Shown piece by piece: positions 60,285 through 64,000 of a stretch of 64,000 nucleotides of DNA (position 1 is the first letter of the stretch; every line of letters starts with the position of its first letter). The position numbers and the translations under genes are program-made. Source of the stretch: a bacterium (lineage in GTDB: Bacteria > Bacillota_I > Bacilli_A > RF39 > UBA660); the NCBI GenBank assembly GCA_022779465.1, contig JALFTB010000001.1, positions 3,824 through 67,823 on the forward strand. Direction: 5' to 3'. The notes under the pieces were generated by a model, which was not told the DNA's origin, did no database searches, and saw only the letters and a program-made list of their open reading frames with translations.

Positions 60285-61541
60285 ATGAAAAAACTTATAA
60301 TTGAGGGGAATAAGAAGTTAAGTGGTAGTATTAAAATAAGTGGTGCTAAGAATAGTGTTGTTGCACTTATACCAGCTGCTATGTTAACTGATGGCAAGTG
60401 TACTATATATAATGTTCCTAATATTAGTGATGTAAGATTATTAATTGAAATGATGAAAATATTAGGTTCTGATATTAAATTTGAAGATGATGTTTTAACT
60501 ATTGATAATAGTCATTCTCATAATGGTAAAATTACTGAAGAATATGCGTCTAAAATGCGTGCTTCTTATTATTTTATGGGTGTGTTGTTAGCTAAGTATG
60601 GTTATGCAGAAATTTCTTATCCAGGTGGTTGTACAATTGGTGCAAGACCAATAAATTTTCATGTTAATGGATTTAAAAAGTTAGGGGCTAAGGTAGATAT
60701 AGTTGATGGTAATAATTATATTATTCAAGCCCAAAAATTAGTTGGTACTGATATCTTTTTAGATATTGCTAGTGTAGGTGCTACTTTAAATATAATGTTT
60801 GCTGCTGTTAAAGCAAAGGGTATAACTCATATTTATAATGCAGCCAAAGAACCAGAAATTGTTAATATTGCATCATTTTTAACAACTATGGGTGCTAAGA
60901 TTTATGGAGCAGGTACTAGTGAAATAACTATTGAAGGTGTTACTACACTTGGTGATGGAATAGTTGAGGTAATTCCAGATCGTATTGAAGCGGGAACTTA
61001 TATAATGATAGGATCTTTATTAGGTGAAAATTTAAAAATTGAGGGTATTATTAGAGAACATTTAGATGCAGTTTTAACTAAATTAAAAGAAGCAGGTAGT
61101 GATTTTCAAATTAATGGTACTTCAATTACAGTTAATAAAGTTGAACATTTAAATCCGGTAAATGTTAAGACTCTTGTTTATCCAGGATTTCCAACAGATT
61201 TAGGACAACCTATGAGTACTTTACTTACTCAATGTGATGGTGATTCTATTTTTGAAGAAACTATTTATGAAAATAGAATGAGACATATTAAATACTTGAA
61301 TCAAATGGGAGCTAAAATTGATTTAGATAATAAGATTGCTATTATTCATGGTAAAACAAATTTAAAAGGTGAAAAAGTTGAAGCAACCGATTTAAGAGCT
61401 GGTGCGGCTATGATGCTTGCTGGAATGATTGCCGATGGAGTAACAGAAATTTCTAATATTGAACATATATTAAGAGGATATGAAAATATTGTGGAAAAAC
61501 TATCTGCGGTTGGTGCAAGTATTAAAATAATTGAAGAATAA
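60285..61541 (+). CDS. murA: UDP-N-acetylglucosamine 1-carboxyvinyltransferase
   Basis: The 418 aa product has MurA/EPSP-fold repeats, an active-site Cys region (GCTIGARPI) and the N-terminus KISGAKNS. Confidence 0.9.
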   Translation: MKKLIIEGNKKLSGSIKISGAKNSVVALIPAAMLTDGKCTIYNVPNISDVRLLIEMMKILGSDIKFEDDVLTIDNSHSHNGKITEEYASKMRASYYFMGVLLAKYGYAEISYPGGCTIGARPINFHVNGFKKLGAKVDIVDGNNYIIQAQKLVGTDIFLDIASVGATLNIMFAAVKAKGITHIYNAAKEPEIVNIASFLTTMGAKIYGAGTSEITIEGVTTLGDGIVEVIPDRIEAGTYIMIGSLLGENLKIEGIIREHLDAVLTKLKEAGSDFQINGTSITVNKVEHLNPVNVKTLVYPGFPTDLGQPMSTLLTQCDGDSIFEETIYENRMRHIKYLNQMGAKIDLDNKIAIIHGKTNLKGEKVEATDLRAGAAMMLAGMIADGVTEISNIEHILRGYENIVEKLSAVGASIKIIEE

Positions 61542-61630
61542 TGTTGAAATTTAAAAATTATATGTTATAATATCGAAGTAACGAATTTCTATGGTTCGAT
61601 TTATGAACTATGGCGGAAGGAGAATATTAA

Positions 61631-61840
61631 ATGAAAAAAGGAATACATCCAACTCAACAAGAATGTGTTATTACTTGTGCTTGTGGAAATACTTTTACTA
61701 CTATGTCAAATAAAAGTAGTCATTTTGTAGAAGTTTGCAGCAGTTGTAGTCCAGCATATACTGGTAAAAAGGTAAAAACACAAAAAGCTGGTAAGGTTGA
61801 TCAATTTATCAAAAAATATAATTTAGACAAAAATAACTAA
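61631..61840 (+). CDS. rpmE: 50S ribosomal protein L31 (zinc-binding type)
   Basis: The N-terminus is MKKGIHP and a C4 motif (CxC...CSSC) is present. A terminator hairpin ctaagaa/ttcttag plus a T-run lies at 61838-61870. Confidence 0.85.
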   Translation: MKKGIHPTQQECVITCACGNTFTTMSNKSSHFVEVCSSCSPAYTGKKVKTQKAGKVDQFIKKYNLDKNN

Positions 61841-61894
61841 GAATTTCTTAGTTATTTTTTTTATTTTGTGATAGAATAATACATGGTGATTAAG

Positions 61895-62344
61895 ATGAAA
61901 GTTGTAATTGGAACAGACCATAATGGTACTAATATTAAAAAAGAAATAATTAGATTTTTAAATAATAGAAATATAGAAGTAGTAGATGTAAGTGAGCATA
62001 ATAGTGCAATTGATGATTATCCATTATATGCATTTGCGGCTGCTAAAAAAGTAGTAGATAAAGAATGCGAATATGGTATTTTATTATGTGGAACTGGAAT
62101 TGGAATGAGTATTGCTGCTAATAAAGTAAAAGGAATAAGATGTGCTCATGTTACTAGTAAGAATGATGCTATTTTAGCTAGACAACATAATAATGCTAAT
62201 ATGATTGCTTTAGGTGTTAATTCAAATAAAGTTAATGATTTAATTAAAATGATAGATTTATTCTTAACAACTGATTTTAAGAATGAAGAAAGACATGTAA
62301 GAAGAAATAATCAAATTCATGATTATGAAATGGAAAATAATTAA
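61895..62344 (+). CDS. rpiB: ribose-5-phosphate isomerase B
   Basis: RpiB/LacAB motifs are present (VVIGTDHNG, LLCGTGIGMSIAANK). The start is taken at MKVVIG, which has a GGTGA RBS. Confidence 0.85.
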   Translation: MKVVIGTDHNGTNIKKEIIRFLNNRNIEVVDVSEHNSAIDDYPLYAFAAAKKVVDKECEYGILLCGTGIGMSIAANKVKGIRCAHVTSKNDAILARQHNNANMIALGVNSNKVNDLIKMIDLFLTTDFKNEERHVRRNNQIHDYEMENN

Positions 62345-62538
62345 TGTATAAAACTATAGTTTATTTTTTATCAGTATTATTATCAGTTTTTATTATTTCT
62401 GGAATAAATTTTAATAATTTTTTTAAAAAAAATCATGTTTGGGAAGCAAGATTATTTGTTTTAGTCATAAGCTGTATTATGGGATATTTATTTGGAAGTT
62501 TTATAATTGAGTTTTTAAATGTTAGTGCCATTTTATAG
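62344..62538 (+). CDS. hypothetical small membrane protein
   Basis: The 64 aa product has two TM helices and no recognisable family. Confidence 0.35.
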   Translation: MYKTIVYFLSVLLSVFIISGINFNNFFKKNHVWEARLFVLVISCIMGYLFGSFIIEFLNVSAIL

Positions 62539-62720
62539 AGGGTGATAATATCAAAAAAATTGTATTATTAATATTATTTTTAATACCAATATATATAAGT
62601 AGTTTTAATAAAACTACTTTTTTTAATAATGAAGAACAATATGGTTTAGATGTAAATTATAAGACTAATAAAATTATTTATTTAAAAGATAAAGATATTT
62701 ATTTAGATTTAGATGATTAC

Positions 62721-63425
62721 TTGTTAGGAGTTGTGTCTGCAGAAATGCCTGCTTTGTTTAATATTGAAGCATTAAAAGCGCAAGTAGTTGCTTCTAGAAG
62801 TTTTATTTTAAGTCAAAGCAATGATAGAATTCTTAATACTACAAGTGGAGCTCAAGCTTATCAAGATTTATATGAACTAAGTAATAAGTGGAATGATAAA
62901 TATTATGAATATTTATCTAAAATGCAAAAAGCAATTGAGGAAACAAAAAATGAAGTAATAAAAAGAGATAATAAAATATTAAGGACATATTATTTTGCTA
63001 TGAGTAATGGATATACTGAAAATTCTCAAACTGTTTTTAAACAAGAACTATTTGAAAGTGTAAAATCTGATGAAGGAAGAGATACTAAATATAAAATAAC
63101 TTTAACTTTAGATGAATTTAAAAATAAATTAAATGTAGGTACAGTAAACATAGGTGAAATAAAAAGAAATAATACTAATCATGTAGATTATATTATGATT
63201 AATAATAATAAATATAGTGGGATTGATTTTAGAAAAAAGCTTAATTTAAGATCAACTGATTTTAATATTGAAATAAATAATAATAATGTTGTGATTGAAA
63301 CTAATGGTTATGGACATGGGGTTGGTATGAGTCAATATGGAGCTAATGCCATGGCAAAAAAAGGTTATAATTATAAAGAAATTCTTGAATATTATTATCA
63401 AAATATTGATATTTTAAAAATATAG
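62721..63425 (+). CDS. spoIID: stage II sporulation protein D (SpoIID/LytB domain); 5' end probably extends to about 62550
   Basis: The product has SpoIID signatures (LLGVVSAEMPALFNIEALKAQVVASRS, NGYGHGVGMSQYGA). The same frame stays open upstream to 62526 and encodes a signal anchor (KKIVLLILFLIPIYISSF) with no canonical start codon. Confidence 0.7.
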   Translation: MLGVVSAEMPALFNIEALKAQVVASRSFILSQSNDRILNTTSGAQAYQDLYELSNKWNDKYYEYLSKMQKAIEETKNEVIKRDNKILRTYYFAMSNGYTENSQTVFKQELFESVKSDEGRDTKYKITLTLDEFKNKLNVGTVNIGEIKRNNTNHVDYIMINNNKYSGIDFRKKLNLRSTDFNIEINNNNVVIETNGYGHGVGMSQYGANAMAKKGYNYKEILEYYYQNIDILKI

Positions 63426-63472
63426 GTATAATTTAAATAAAACCATCCAAACTTTTACTAGAGAGGTGTAAG

Positions 63473-64000
63473 ATGAAACCAAAATATAGATTAAAAGGTT
63501 GGGTAGTAGCTTGTATTTATGTAATTTCAATAGGAGCAATTGTTTCAAGTATGGTTTTACTTGGTAAAACTTTGAAAGGTTCTTTTTATACTGAAGACAA
63601 TTTGTCTTATGTATATCATGGAATATTTGAAGATCCAGTACCAGTAGTAAAATATAAAGATGATAAAATTATAAAACCATTTAATAGTGAAGATGTAAAT
63701 GTATTAAAAAAATATTATGATAAAGATGCCGAAAGTAATGTTCAAGAAGAATCTTTATTATTTTATCAAAATACATATATGCCAAATACAGGAATACTTT
63801 ATAGTAACAAAGAAAGTTTTGATGTAGTTTCTGTATTAGATGGAACTGTTGAATCAGTTGTAGCTGATGAAATAATGGGTAATATTGTTACTGTAAAACA
63901 TTCAAATAACTTAACAACAGTTTATCAATGTTTAAATGAAGTACATGTTATGACTGGAGATTTAATTAAACAAGGTGATGTAATTGGAACAAGTGGTATA
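63473..64000 (+). CDS. membrane-anchored M23/LytM-family peptidase (SpoIIQ-like), C-terminus beyond the window
   Basis: An N-terminal TM (GWVVACIYVISIGAIVSSMVLL) is followed by an M23 fold (GILYSNKESFDVVSVLDGTVESV...GNIVTVKHSNNLTTVYQCLNEVHV). It lies directly after spoIID. Confidence 0.6.
   Translation, partial: MKPKYRLKGWVVACIYVISIGAIVSSMVLLGKTLKGSFYTEDNLSYVYHGIFEDPVPVVKYKDDKIIKPFNSEDVNVLKKYYDKDAESNVQEESLLFYQNTYMPNTGILYSNKESFDVVSVLDGTVESVVADEIMGNIVTVKHSNNLTTVYQCLNEVHVMTGDLIKQGDVIGTSGI

Noticed and set aside
1-64000. The organism could be a Mollicute using genetic code 4, given its extreme AT content.
   Set aside because: All long conserved genes are intact under the standard code. The gene set includes peptidoglycan synthesis (murA, PBP, FemAB, LysM) and endospore genes, which Mollicutes lack.

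Overview
This 64 kb window is the replication-origin neighbourhood of a very AT-rich (about 26% GC) endospore-forming Firmicute that uses the standard genetic code. Genes are intact under code 11, so this is not a TGA=Trp Mollicute.

Gene layout. oriC lies around 45.3-47.1 kb, with DnaA-box clusters on both sides of dnaA. Left of it, genes run on the minus strand: dnaA-dnaN-comK-like-recF-gyrB-gyrA, ffs, tadA-dnaX-ybaB-recR-bofA-holB-yaaT-trmN6-like-pth-mfd-spoVT-like, T-box-metG-tatD-yabE-ksgA-yabG-veg-spoVG-yabP-yabQ-divIC-ssrA and so on. Right of it, genes run on the plus strand: rpmH-rnpA-yidC-jag-mnmE-mnmG-rsmG-parB/noc-like, then rpoE, prfA, prmC, spoIIR, murA, rpmE, rpiB, spoIID and an M23 peptidase. 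I called three RNA genes from the sequence itself: tmRNA (ssrA), a small SRP RNA (ffs) and tRNA-Cys, plus a Met T-box leader.

Main unusual feature. A 600 bp non-coding stretch between gyrA and ffs holds six perfect copies of the canonical parS 16-mer TGTTTCACGTGAAACA. It also holds one perfect Noc-binding-site palindrome (ATTTCCCGGGAAAT), DnaA-box-like 9-mers next to four of the six parS copies, and a second 23 bp inverted repeat present three times. This looks like a compact centromere-like array. The window carries a single ParB/Noc-family gene, with no ParA, mixed specificity residues and an acidic C-terminal tail.

Other notable points:
- A ComK-family gene sits between dnaN and recF behind three tandem Spo0A-box (TGTCGAA) repeats.
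- A LytTR regulator has a pseudo-receiver domain.
- A block of uncharacterised envelope proteins lies at 15.4-20.8 kb.
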